Source: Eledone cirrhosa (taxonomy: Eukaryota). From it: DNA of 64,000 nucleotides. Of this stretch, positions 50,937-64,000 are shown piece after piece; within the stretch, counting starts at the first letter, position 1; each line of letters opens with the position of its first letter. Made by a program: the position numbers and the translations under genes. The stretch lies in the NCBI GenBank assembly GCA_964016885.1, contig OZ024742.1, positions 102,796,001 through 102,860,000 of the forward strand, read 5' to 3'. The notes under the pieces were generated by a model that was not told the origin of the DNA, searched no databases, and saw nothing but the letters and a program-made list of their open reading frames with translations.

Positions 50937-53169
50937 CAAGCAGAGTAGTTTAAATGAGCCACAATATTTAATGATAATGAAAATAAAGGATTGGCATGGA
51001 TAATGGGGGATACTCCTTACTCATTTACTGGTTCCAGCTAGTTAGCTATGACCAGGAAAACTATATAGCGATGTTGTGGATAGTTGTTAATGTTGAGCTG
51101 TGTCAGTCAAAATTTATAGATGAACTAATTTGAAGTTCATTAAAAGATATAGTCAACCCTGGACATTAAGCAAAATAAGCACATGCCTATTGATTCAAAT
51201 AAAGTAGCGTTCCATAGAATTTTTTTCCAGTACAGAATATTGGAATTTATTCCATATCCCGTATTTGGAAGTATCGTGATCTATTCAATGATTAGAGCCT
51301 CTAAAAGTCTTAATCCAGCCCTGGATATAGTCAACTGTCAATTAAAAGAAAAATTGGAAAATAATCACTTACTGACCTGCCTATCAAAGTCATACATGAA
51401 AAACCCCAATCTAAAAATATCTATGATGTAATTATGAGTAGTAATGATATAATTTAGTATAATTAGTAATTTAATCCATTTCATGATTATTTCCTTTTAA
51501 ACACTGATTAGGCAGCAACTGAAAAATACAACTTGTTAGAAATCCATTCCGATCTCTATTATTTGCTTTCCAGCAAAGCAAGTAGTTAATTCTTATCACC
51601 TAAAAGGTTTGAAACAACAACCTTGCGGTTACTAATCATGGTTATTTCTTGTGAGTTGCCAAGTCTTTGTGTGGAGTTTGATGTCAGTCCATACACATTA
51701 TAACACAGTTGTATCCGTTTGATCTCTCACTCTAAAAGGAATCTGATGAAGTAGAAAATAAAATTGCTTTGATAGCAAAATCTACTTAAAAAGCTTTTCC
51801 TTTTTATAGTCTACTTTTCTACTATAGCTTGGGTCATGTATGAGTCACCAGTTCTGTTCTTTATACAATGTTAGACAGTGATGTAAATTTACTAACATGA
51901 TGTCTGTCCACAAGTCATCTGAAGCTGTACATTTTCACAGTCAATTTTCACAGACAGAAAATTTTCACATTTTCATTTTAGTTTATTAAAATATATAGAG
52001 TTGGTGAAAATATATTTTTTCACACTGTCAAACACTGTATAGCTAGAAGTAAGCTATCAGCAATCAGAATTTAAAAGTTTGTTTCAATTTTCAGTTGGAG
52101 CCAATCACTCCACTTATGCTGCTAATACTATTAAGAATTCACATTTTCATTTTAGTTTATTAAAATATATATTGTTAGTCAAAAAATATATGCAAGAGAT
52201 AAGCTTACAGCAAGCTGAATTAAAAGGTTTGTTTGAATTTTAGTTGATCACTCCACTTAGGCAGTTAATACTATTGAGAATGTATAAACATCATGTCATC
52301 TTCTTAACAATGTCTTCTTAACACTCTTATTAGTGCAAAATTTAGTATGTCGAGTGTCATGGATCTTTTTAGAATATTTTTAGAATGAGCACACTGTATC
52401 TTTCTGAATTGTATGAGACAACTATTAAGGTTGGCATGAGGAAGGGTATCCAGCCATTTGGAAAGTCATTAGAACATCGGATAGAATGCTTTGCAGTATT
52501 CATTCCAGCTCTCTGTATTGTCTGAGTTCAAATCCTACTGAGGTCAACTTTGCCTTTCATCCTTTTGAGGTCAATAAATAAGTACCAGTCCAGTACTGGG
52601 GTTGATTCTTCCTCTATATCTCTTTCTCACATCTCTCTCCTGCACTGGAAGAAATTGGCTGTGTTAAGGCCTGGTGTGGGGATGAACTTTGCCAGTGCCC
52701 AAAATGGCACCCCTCTGACCCCACCAGGATTTATAGGTCCATAAATACAGACATACATAGTATGTATCTGATAGAGAACAGGGGTGAAATTTGGAGGAGT
52801 CAAATCTGCAACTGAACTTTGATTTGTGGTTGCACTATTTCAAAAATTTATCAAGAAAAGCAAAGAAATCTCATAACCTTGTTTCTCATTTTGTAAATCC
52901 TTTTTTTGTCAGTAAAGAATTAATTAAGAAGCATGTTATGTTAATCAAAAAATTAGTTATGATGTTGTTGTTATTGTAATTTTCATTGTTGTTGTTCTTG
53001 TCTAGTTCTGATCAGCCCTAAGTTAGCAGACTTAAAGAGGGGAAGTCAGTTCTTTGACATAGGGAAAATATCTTGAAACATTGACTTTAGTAGAAGCTGA
53101 ATTCAGAATCAATTTAGAATTGATATAAATGATAGGAGAATTAAGTTTCTTGAAATATATGTTCAGTGG

Positions 53170-54247
53170 TCATATTCGTGCCAGTCACCAATCTGGTACT
53201 TTGTCAAACCTGCGAAGACGAGGCTTTTCTAGAGGCAACACTGAAACTGAAACATGATGAGGAAAACAAAGAAGAACCATACTGCATTATCCTTTGCGTG
53301 GGTTAACAAGAGATGCGTTCAGGCCTAGGTAGAGGGGCCTGTTCGAAAAATATATTGCAGTCTCCATTTCATGGTGCTAAAATTGGCGATGGGCCTGCAA
53401 CCTGTCCTGGGAGGCATGGGATGGGCACACAAAGATTGCGTATCCAAGGCCCCAAAAAGGGTCTGGAAGGGAACAAACCATGAGAGTTGGAACCTGGAAC
53501 ATCACAACCCTTACAGGTAAGGAGCATGAACTAGTGGAGGAGGCTAGATGCTACCGGCTAGATATAGTCGGTATTTCCTCAACAAAGTTCCATGGCTCTG
53601 ATACTGTAGATTTGAATGGAGGATAGAAACTCCACTATTTAGGTATAGTGCCAGAAATGACTGCACAGGAGGTTGAATTAAGTGCAAGAATTGCAGGAGC
53701 TGGTGCAGTAATGTGACAGCTTCAACATTCAGCAATCAGAAGGGAGGTAGGCATAAAAGCCAAACTAGCTATCTTCAATTCGGTATTTGTGCCAACCCTT
53801 ACCTATCATCATAAATCTTGGGTAATGGCTAAAAGAATATGATCATGAATACAAATGGCTGAAATGGGGTTCCTCCGAAGGGTCTTTGGAGTAACATAGC
53901 TATGAGATCAGAGTCACTCCAGGTAGAGCTGCTACTTCTCCAAATTGAGAGATCACAGCTCCAATATTTTGGGCATGTGGTTAGAATGTCTCAGGAAAGA
54001 ATCACTGGACAGATTTTACAGTCAAAACCAACTGGCAGGAGACCCAGGGATAGACCCCGAGCAAGATGGTTGGATAACATCCATGAGCTTGGCTGGTCTT
54101 GCTTGGGGATCCAGCCGGATCAGTTGGAGACGGTTGTTTCTGACAGGACCTGCTGAAAGGAGTGTTTGAGGATTCTGCCCCCACGACCCTCTCAGGAATA
54201 AGTGGGTGAAGGAAGAGGAGGAGAAGAAGAAGAAGAAGAAGAAGAAA
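53170..54247 (+). mobile_element. Internally deleted Expander/Rex3-like RTE LINE
   Basis: 5' region, endonuclease start RVGTWNITTLTGKEHELVEEA..LDIVGIS joined near 53660 to the post-RT C-terminus (ERSQLQYFGHVVRM...RPRARWLD), (GAA)n tail. Left boundary approximate. Confidence 0.85.
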
Positions 54248-54278
54248 TAATATATGTTATTTGTTCTATCATTATAGA

Positions 54279-55573
54279 TTAACGCTTTTGCTACCAAACC
54301 GCCTGAAATAAGCCGGACTTAACTACACAAAACCGCTTGTTTTAAAGTGTTTATATTTATCTAATTAAGGCACATGGCTTAGTAGTTAGAGTATTGAGTT
54401 TACAATTATGAGGTTGGCTGGTCTTACTTGGAGATCAATTGGAGATGGTTGCTTCTGTGGTGTGTCCTTCATCATGATACATCATTTTACGTTGCCCCAG
54501 TTTACTCAGTTGTAGAAATGAGTTTTGATGTCACTGATGCCAAACTGTATTGGCTTTTGTCTTTACTTTGGACAACATCGGTGCAGTGCAGAGGAAACAC
54601 TGGTTTGCATGGGTGACTGCTGGTCTTCCACAAACAACCTTAACCAGACTTATGCCTCAGAGGGAAACTTTCTAGGTGCAAATCCATGGTCATTCAGGGT
54701 CATTATATTTATCTAAAAACCTTCTAACATAATTTCATGTAAGAACCTATATTAACGTATCTTCCACACACCAAATTTCTCGTTGTGGTGTAATAAGCCC
54801 CTTATCTGTGACACTTCCTTCAGTAGCTACTGGGTGAATTCAGTAACTGACCCAGGTTTTGTTGCCTGACAAGCTGAAGATTGCCAGCTGTTAAAATATT
54901 GGCTGCCTTTTGATAGGTTTGTTGTTGATTCTTTAGCAGTGGAGACTTCTAGCATCAAGGGTTAGTGAACCACGTGCTAACTCACTTCTGTGAGGACAGA
55001 AATGCCCAGAATCAGGAGTGAAATGGCTCTGTCAGCACATCCTCCACACTCTCTGCTGGAGTAACAACTTCTCTATTCTATCCACTGGGGACATGAGGTG
55101 GCACATGCCAGGGGGGTTCTGCATATCAGAGAAGCAGAGTGACTGAACTGGGCAGTGGGGGTCATGACAACCTTTCATTGACTGGTTTGTGTTATTACAG
55201 CTGGCTATAACATACATACATTCATATGACACCAACTTAATAATGAGGAAATTTATATTAATAAAGCTATATTATTAAATCCCTTCAAATCCTTGATTAT
55301 TTTCAAAATCAATTTAAAACCACCATGTCTTTCATCATAAATATAGTAACAAAAGGATTAACCCGTTAGTATTTACATTACTCTATATTTACTATTGTAT
55401 TTTCACGGTAAAGGCTTTACTTCACATAATATCGAATCTATGAGATTTTGATATTATTTATTTTGAGGACAATACCTTAACATCAGTATGAGTGGCCAGT
55501 TACAGCTGGTCTGAACAGAAAGAAGTGAGAGAATTCTGGCCGGATCTGGCCGGTTTAAATGCTAAAGGATTAA
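54279..55573. mobile_element. Adjacent TTAA-bounded (piggyBac-like) MITEs, the first interrupted by a CORE-SINE and other sequence
   Basis: TTAACGCTTTTGCTAC...GTAACAAAAGGATTAA (55361), then TTAACCCGTTAGTATTT...AAATGCTAAAGGATTAA (55573) sharing one TTAA. Related ends near 12015, 12590, 58302 and 59345. Confidence 0.55.
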
Positions 55574-55652
55574 AGAAACTCAGAGCAAACGTTTCTTTTA
55601 TGGTCAGGAATTTGTAGAGTTGGAAATCCTCAATGTTTTGTATAACACATAC

Positions 55653-56705
55653 ATCATCATCATCATCATCATTATCATCATCGTTTAACGTCCATCTTCC
55701 ACGCTTGCATGGGTTTGGACGGGAGGTTTCCCACTTGAGGCAAGATTTGTTGTCCTGCTCGTATAGGACTGTCTGGCGGGTTTTCTACAGCTGGATGCCC
55801 TTCCTAACACCAACCACATTTACAGTGTGGACTGGGAGGTTTTTACCGTGTTACCTTCACGGCCACATTACAGCGTGGACTGTGTGTTTTTTTGTTGTGA
55901 CACCTACAAGAACTCATTTGTTTCGGACTGGATGTTGTGGTCCCAACATAATTTCAGATTTAAGGGGGTGGTGTGGATGGGGTGGGGGTAGTGGGACGGG
56001 GGGTATTTTGTTAGAGGTGCCTACTGACTGTAGGTTTCGCTTTGTACTTAGGCAAGGCGGGTCTTCTGTATGACTGTGTAGCGCCAAAGATCTCAGTCCA
56101 GTGACATTGTCTTGGAGAAGTGTAAGTGTGTGAGGTCGGAATTTATCAAGTCGTCCCAGGTTTTTCTGGGTCTGCCTACTCCGTGGCTACCGTCTATTTT
56201 TATCGCCCTGCACTTTTTTATACAGCTGTCGTCTTTCATACGCATCACGTGACCGTACCAACGTAGTCTTCTCTCGAGTAAACAACATCTGATCCCTCTT
56301 ATTCATAATTTCTCCCTTAGTTCGTTTATGCTTTGCCGTTCACGTATATTACTATTACACATCCAGCAGAGCATGCAAGCTTTGTTTCATTTCTCTCCAG
56401 TCTGCGTATATCCTCTGCACACAATGCCCAGGTCTCACTGCCATGTAACATTGCTGTTCGTATGCAGGCATCATACAGCCTGCTTTTCATTTTTAGAGAG
56501 AACCCTTTAGCGGCCAATAGTGGTATAAGCTCTCTGAACTTTTTCCATCCCGTTCTGACTCTAGCTACTGTACTTTCAGAGCACCCTCCTCCACTGCTGA
56601 TTTTGTCACCCAGGTAACGGAAGGTGTCCACTATTTCTAGAGAACCATCTGTCCAATGGAATGAGCTAGTATTCTGTGGGCACTTGCTGCTACTTATTGC
56701 ACCAG
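55653..56705 (-). mobile_element. RTE LINE 3' portion with repeat-bearing 3' UTR
   Basis: Minus ORF DTFRYLGDKISSGGGC...GWKKFREL...LHGSETW, then 3' UTR, ~48-bp repeats (55820-55905) and (GAT)n tail. Confidence 0.92.
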
Positions 56706-59700
56706 ACTATGTTTCCTTATCATCATCATCATCATTGTTTAACGTCCATCTTCTACGCTAGCATGGGTAGGACTAGCATGTGATAAAGGCAAGCAACAAC
56801 AAAAATAACTTAATGGCAATTTCAATGTCCACTGGGACATAAGGTGGCTTGTACCTGGGGTATTGCACATGATAAAATGTTTTCCAGGAATATAACATTG
56901 AAGTAGCAATGCTATATCAAGTAACTGTTCATTTGCTCATTTTTATTTCGTTGCATGTTCCCTGTTTAACAAAGACAATAATACAAGCTCTGAAAGATAT
57001 TTTTGCCTCCTTCATTTAAACAGCACTACTGTACTACAGTACTACTATTGTATTTATATATATTAAAGTAACAATAGAAACTACTTTTGTGAGGATCTCA
57101 TTTGTTAGAGCACTAAAAGCAGCTGTAATATTGCTTGCTGTCTAAATAGATGAAAATCTGTTATTGATTTGTTAGGTTCAACTGTTACAGATCTGTTCCT
57201 AGTCTCTTGTAAAGTACCATTAAAAACAGTGACATTTATTAATTTTTAAGTTGATGACAGTTGTGTCCTTACCCCCCATTGTCATAGTACTCTGTCTGAT
57301 GTTTCTCTCAGTCAGAGTCTCTATTTTATATCTCCAAACTAAACAAAGAAAAACTAGACAACTATTAGACTCTCATAAACATTTATCTTCTTTCATCTAC
57401 TAAAAAAAAAAAAAAATGCCTGATACATTATTCTTATCATTGATTTGATTTTATAGCAGTTTTAAATTCTATCATTGAGATGATATCTTTTATTTTTTTT
57501 GTATATATCTTTGGTTTTGTGTATTTTTTGTGTTCTTTTTTTTTTTGTCTTGTCTCTTTTGTGTGTGAAGCTAGCAGTGAAAGAATGTTAAAAGCACCAG
57601 ACAAATAATAGAGAATTAATTGGGGAAAGATTCCTGATTGGGACAGAAAAACAAGTTGATAGCTCTTCTTCTCAACACATTTAGCATCAACCTCTTCCTC
57701 AAAGACATTTTACATTTTTCACTTTTTATTTCAAGTTGTTATTGTTGTTGTTGTTTTTAACTTTTTTCCCTCTTTGTTTTAAAGTTCATTTCTTTAAAAA
57801 GTCAGTCAGATATTTGAACTATCTTAAATTAGTTTTTCACTTTTATATTAATTTAAATTTTGTTTAATCTTGTTCAAAGGGAAATTTTTTTTTGTTATTA
57901 TTTTTTTAAAATTTTATTTATTTATTTATTTTATTTCAATCTTAAATCTAATTTGTACTTGAAATAAGTGAAATTCTAAAATATGCTATTCGTAACATGA
58001 AGAACCCCTTCACTAAAGAGAAAATATAGTAATAACATTTTCCATTTATCAAATAGTTATTTAGTTATATAGTTATTTTTGATTATCTTAAAGGGAAAAA
58101 AACATTTTATACAATTTCTTTGCTCATTAATAACCTTTTATCATTTTTAATACTTTTTTTATAGTATATCACTAATTCATACTATCATTGATTTGTAAGG
58201 CATATATTTCTACTGTAAATCATATATCAATTTATCAATATATAAGTTATTTTATATTTACATAATAACAAGATTAAAAAGTCAGACAGTTGAAACCCAT
58301 CTTAACCCTTTTGATATAACAAACTACTCCTGGTTCTCTGATACATAACTGTTTGTTTTAAAGAGTGACAGTGGGAGTTTACTTCTTTTGTGTTTGGACC
58401 TGGTTTATATGTATATGTTTCACAGACACACACTCATGCAACTTTACACTTATGTTTTAAAGAATTCATATTTATCTAAAAGCCTTCCATCATATTTTTA
58501 TGTAAGAACCTTTAAGTTATGCTACAAACACTAACTTAATAAGGAGAAAAATAGTTATACTACTAAATCCCTCAAAATACTTGATAATTTTCCAAATAAT
58601 AATAAGTAGTGTCTTTCATTAGAAATATGGCAACAAAAGATTTAAAGTTTATATAATAACCCCTAACTCCAAACACCCGTCTAATAATGAGAAAGCTAAA
58701 TCCTCTGAAATACTTTCTGTTGTGACACCAAAACGAGTGGACTGGGTGCTTTTTACAGACTGAGCATTTTATAGACTGAGCATTTTATATTCATCTTAAA
58801 ACTTTCCATTATATTTTTATGTATGAGAAAGCTAAATCCACTGAAATACTTGATTATTTTCCAAATGGTTTTAAAATTAAAGGCAGTTTCTTTCATTAGA
58901 AATATGGTAACAAAAGAGATAAAATGTTTATCAGCATCATCATCATCATCACTGTTTAATGTCCATTTTCCATACTAGCATGGGTTAGACGAGTTGTCTC
59001 ATTGTGAGACAAGTCAGACCAGATGACCGTCTTGCTCATACAAAACTGTTTCTGACTGGTTTCTATGGCTGGATGCCCTTCCTAACGCCAACCACAGTAT
59101 GGACTGGATGCTTTTTATCGTGGCACCAAAACGACCACTTTACAGTGTAGACTGGGTGCTTTATATTCCTCTTAAAATCCCCCATTATATTTTTATGAAA
59201 GAACCTTTGTTAAGTTATGCTCCAAACACCCGCTTAATAACGAGAAAGCTAAAAAACCCTAAAATACTTGATTATTTTCCAAATGGTTTTAAAATTATAG
59301 GCAGTGCCTTTCATTAGAAATATGGTAATCTAAGGAAAGGGTTAATATCTTTGGATATTCTATTAAAACCCTTTATAGCTCTACTAACAAGAAAAGGACT
59401 CAAAATGCTTTTTCTTTTTTTTTTTAACAATTAACAATAATTTTCAAGTGGAGCATAATTGTTTCAATTGTTAAAGATTCTCTTCAGGGAGAAAAAGGAC
59501 AAGAAGGGGAATTAATAAAAAGAGGCCACTTAGTTTTAAATTTTTCTCCATTTGCCTGGAACAGAACAGTATCTATCCCTTGTTCATTCTTCTTCAGTGT
59601 ACAATGAACTAGAATGTTCTGTAGCACTTCCAGACAATTGATAGCATTGAATAGTCTCATTTGTTTAGGGAGCCTGTTCATGTAGAAAAGGGCTTTGTTG

Positions 59701-60679
59701 AGATGAAATACAATGTCAGTCTTTTTAAAAAGGTACCACTCACACTTGTCATTTATTTTATTCTTTTCCTTTTTTAATAATGAATTTCAATGAAGAGGCA
59801 TCATCATCATCATCATCATTATCATCGCCATTATGATCATTATCATCGCCATTATGATCATTATTATCATCATCATTTTGATCATCATCATCATCATCAT
59901 CATCTTCTTCTTCTTCTTTCACTGCCACTGCTGCTGTCCCCCCCCCCACCACCACCAATAGCCCTACTACTACTACCTTCACAACCATTGCTATCCCTAT
60001 CACCACCTCCATCATCATATTAACACTATCATCATCAGTATCAACATCTCTACCACTACTACTACCACCACAATCATCATCACCCCAATTTCCTTACTAA
60101 CACCATCACCACTGCTACTACTGCTACCACAACCAATGTCCCACTTCCACCACCATCACCACCAATGCCCAATCTCCTACCCTATCATTAGCTGAACTTG
60201 TTTACTCCTCCCAAGTATCAATGAGATAGCTGCTGTTGAGATAAAGGTTGGAGTTAGTGCTAATCTCAGTAATTGAAATGTTGTTTAACTGTTAATGTCC
60301 TGTACCATATGAAACTGCATTATTTTGGCAGTATCGGTAGAGCGTCTGACAAAATGCTTTGTGTCATAGAGTTACAGCCCTTTATGTCCTGAGCTAAAAT
60401 CCTGCCGGAGTTAACTTTGCCTTTCATCCTTACGAGGTTGATAAAATAAAGCACCAGTAATGCACTGTAGTTGATTTAATTGATTTTTCTCTCCCCAAAA
60501 ATTGTTGGCTTCATGCCTAAATCAGAAACCATTGTTTGCAAGACATTCTTCTGAAATATAAAACAGCACTATGAGTGCATATTAAAATTCAGTCTTTACT
60601 GCAAATTTTCACTATAGTAAAGATAAAATAAATATTTAAATTAACAAGCCACATGAAAAGCTGACTATAATAACAATCA

Positions 60680-60950
60680 GATGAGTGTGCAGGGGAGAAG
60701 ACTGCTGGTATGGACATGTAATGTATATGGATGATGATTGTTAGGTGAAGAAATGCCAAAAAATCCTAGTGGAAAGAAACTGCAGTAGAAGAAGACCAAT
60801 GAAGGTTGTAAGAGCTGATCTTGGGTTGCTGAAGCTCATGGAAGAGAGGATGAGGGATTATGATGAGTAGAGGAATGATGTGCTAGAAAAGACCTGTTCA
60901 ACCCATGCAAACATGGAAAAGCGAATGATGAAAATGATGATGATAGTGAT
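60680..60950 (+). mobile_element. Decayed RTE LINE 3' end
   Basis: RRLxWYGHVM remnant followed directly by an AACCCATGCAAACATGGAAAAG(ATG)n tail. Confidence 0.8.
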
Positions 60951-62011
60951 GTAATAAAGATAGTATAAACATTTGAATTAAGAGACCCCATTTTCAGATA
61001 TTTTCTGCTAGATCGTTACAGAATGTTAAGAGACTGAAAAAATAAATTTAAAATGTTCACTCACAAATTTACAAGGTATTTATTCTATGTTTGTGTAGGC
61101 TGGATAAAATTGGAAAGCTATAGGTAGGTTCTTTGAAAAATTTAATAAATTCAATTGCTGTGAAGGGTGAAGAATATAATGTTTTAGAGTCTTGGGGATG
61201 ATGAAATAAAGTACTAGTCTAGAGCAGTGGATTGGCTGAATTGTTAGAGCATCATACAAAATGCTTTGTGGTATTTGTTTTGCTCTTTGCATTCTAAGTT
61301 CAAACCCTGCTGGGGCTTACTTGGGGGGTAGACTTTATCTGTCAACCTAGCTCTTGGCTGCTTTTATCAGAGTTTAGTCTGTTGCAAGCATTTCACTAGT
61401 CTCGGAGGTTTTGAAAAGGATCATAGGTAGATTTATCACCCAAGTAGGCCACAGAAGTATTTGAACACAGATTGTGGCAAGCCAGAACAAATACTCAAAC
61501 AATTCCTCCAACCCACTATCCTTGACTCGTACTATATTTTGTTGTCCTGAAAGAATGAAAGGCAAAGTTGACTCTGGTGGGTTGTTGGACATGGTGTGCA
61601 AAAAGCCATAACAAATACCTCTAGACATATTCTCCTACACTTTACTTACTCTACCAGTTTGCCTCTAGCTATCTTGCAACCAAACACAACACCCCATTCT
61701 CTCTTTCTCAATGTAAATTTCATCCACTCTTGGTAGTAATCCAAACTAAATAATGGTTTCTGATTGAGGCACAAAGCCAAACATTTTTTGGGGAAGTGGC
61801 AAAGTTGATTATTTCACCCCAGTATTTGACTGGTACTTTATTTTATCAATCTTAGAAAGAAGAAAGGCAAAGTTGACTATGGCAAAATTTGAACCCAGGC
61901 ATTCTATTTGATACACCCCCATTTCTGTTATTACTCCACCTTCTCATCTACATACACAGATTTTAATTTCAGCAAGTGATTGTTGATTAATAATTTATTT
62001 GATAATTGCAG

Positions 62012-62135
62012 GTATATTTAAGTGTGTTTTGGCAGAATGAACAACTTGGAGTTGCCTACTATGATGTGGATACAACTGAAATTAAGATGATGTTTGATGT
62101 GCAGGAAACTGATAACTTTGTAACTTTGCTTTCAG
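62012..62135 (+). CDS. MSH5: Internal exon of MutS homolog 5 (meiotic MutSgamma subunit)
   Basis: TTGCAG acceptor, 124 nt, G|GTAACA donor. Phase-0 translation VYLSVFWQNEQLGVAYYDVDTTEIKMMFDVQETDNFVTLLS matches the MSH5 N-terminal motif as I recall it (human [29 protein letters not shown]). Not in the ORF track because it is too short. Confidence 0.82.
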
Positions 62136-62616
62136 GTAACATTTAATATTCCATTTTTATTTCTTTCTTTTCTCATCCTTGCCCTCTTCCTTCCATACAC
62201 TTCCCATGTCCTAATACCCTACCCTTCACCAGATAAATCCCTCACCCTACCCTAGATGTACCTCTCCAATTCCCACACACATCCCCAACCCAGCCCCCAG
62301 TCCACTCTGTAAAGTGGTTGTGTAGGTGTCATGACAAAAAGCACACTGTAAATGTGATTGCTGTTAGGAAAGGTATTCACCCATAGAAACCAAGCCAAAA
62401 TCAGTTCTGTATGAGTAAGATATGGTCATCTGATCTGGCTTGTCTTAAAGGGACAACTTGTCTAACTCATGCTAGCATGGAAAAATTGACATTAAACAGT
62501 GATGATGATGATGATTAACACAATATAGTAAATGTGTTAAGATACTGGAGACTATAGTGTTTGCTGATTGAATGGTGACAATATAGGGTCTGAGAAGACT
62601 TTTCAGTTTAGACAAT

Positions 62617-63965
62617 CATGTGGCAACCTTTCTAGTACTGGTGCCACAATAAAATGTACCCAGTCCACTCTGTAATGTGGTAGTGCTTGTGACACAATAA
62701 AACACATCCAGTCCACTCTGTAATGTGGTAGTGCTTGTGATACAATAAAACACATCCAGTCCACTCTGCAATGTGGTAGTGCTTGTGACACAATAAAACA
62801 CATATAGTCCATGCTGTAAAGTGGTAGTGCTTGTGACAATAAAACATCCAGTCCTTGCTGTAAAGTGGTAGTGCTTGTGACAATAAAACATCCAGTCCAT
62901 GCTGTAAAGTGGTAGTACTTGTGACAATAAAACATCCAGTCCATGCTGTAAAGTGGTAGTGCTTGTGACAATAAAACATCCAGTCCATGCTGTAAAGTGG
63001 TAGTGCTTGTGACAATAAAACATCCAGTCCATGCTGTAAAGTGGTAGTGCTTGTGACAATAAAACATCCAGTCCATGCTGTAAAGTGGTAGTGCTTGTGA
63101 CAATAAAACATCCAGTCCATGCTGTAAAGTGGTAGTGCTTGTGACAATAAAACATCCAGTCCATGCTGTAAAGTGGTAGTGCTTGTGACAATAAAACATC
63201 CAGTCCTTGCTGTAAAGTGGTAGTACTTGTAACACAATAAAGCACATACAGTCCATGCTATAAAATAGTAGTGATTGTAACACAATAAAACACATCCAGT
63301 CCATGCTGTAAAGTGGTAGTGCTTGTAACACAATAAAACACATCCAGTCCATGCTGTAAAGTGGTAGTGTTTGTAACACAATAAAACACATACAGTCCAT
63401 GCTGTAAAGTGGTAGTGTTTGTGACACAATAAAACATATCCAGTCCATGCTGTAAAGTGATAGTGTTTGTGACACAATAAAACATATCCAGTCCATGCTG
63501 TAAAGTGGTAGTGTTTGTGACACAATAAAACATATCCAGTCCATGCTGTAAAGTGGTAGTGTTTGTAACACAATAAAACACATACAGTCCATGCTGTAAA
63601 GTGATAGTGTTTGTGACACAATAAAACATATCCAGTCCATGCTGTAAAGTGATAGTGTTTGTGACACAATAAAACATATCCAGTCCATGCTGTAAAGTGG
63701 TAGTGTGTGTGACACAATAAAACATATCCAGTCCATGCTGTAAAGTGGTAGTGTTTGGGAAACAATATATGTACCCAGTCCTCTCTGTGAAGTGGTAGTG
63801 CTGATCCACAAAAAAAAAAAAAAAAATGCACCTAGTAGACTGTGTAAGGTGACTGATGTTAAGAAAGGAATCAAGCTATAGAAACCATGCCAAATATGGA
63901 TTCTGGCCAACCTGTCCCAGTACGGAAAGTAGATATAAAACAGTGATAAGGATAACAATGATGAT
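62617..63965 (+). repeat. 44/48-bp minisatellite (~24 units) expanded inside a retroposon 3' module
   Basis: Unit CATCCAGTCCATGCTGTAAAGTGGTAGTGCTTGTGAC(AC)AATAAAA(CA), followed at 63850-63965 by the degenerate GTTAAGAAAGG.ATC.AGCTATAGAAACC...(GAT)n tail. Confidence 0.93.
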
Positions 63966-64000
63966 TTCTGTGCTAGCGTGGGTGAAATCATTTTTGCAAA

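Noticed and set aside
59484-59760. Non-repetitive stretch with an open minus-strand frame and a plus-strand acceptor at 59487
   Set aside because: No recognisable homology; the plus phase-0 frame stops after 39 codons and the donor is weak.
62603-63991. 462-aa and 399-aa repetitive ORFs
   Set aside because: Open in several frames only because the 44/48-bp unit lacks minus-strand stops; derived from a non-coding retroposon module.

Overview
Eukaryotic, AT-rich, repeat-dense animal DNA. The (TA)n/(CA)n/(GAT)n load, RTE LINEs and CORE/Meta-type tRNA SINEs look like an octopod cephalopod (inference, not database-checked). The only confidently recognised host coding sequence is a 124-nt exon at 62012-62135 (+) resembling the N-terminal part of meiotic MutS homolog MSH5. 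A phase-compatible candidate start exon at 11387-11573 would make most of the window one ~50 kb intron. The rest is decayed RTE LINEs (some with a PHD-like finger inside the RT region), a Penelope-like (PLE) RT remnant, SINEs, MITEs and four 40-48 bp minisatellite arrays. The most notable signal is a set of short, mostly (TA)n-flanked fold-back elements from several unrelated families that carry hammerhead ribozyme motifs (one complete minimal type I hammerhead at 435-496, others partial or degenerate). A ~48-bp repeat-plus-tail module is also shared by LINE 3' UTRs, a CORE-SINE and a minisatellite. Almost all ORFs in the supplied track are repeat artefacts. All homology calls come from reading the sequence; no searches were run.
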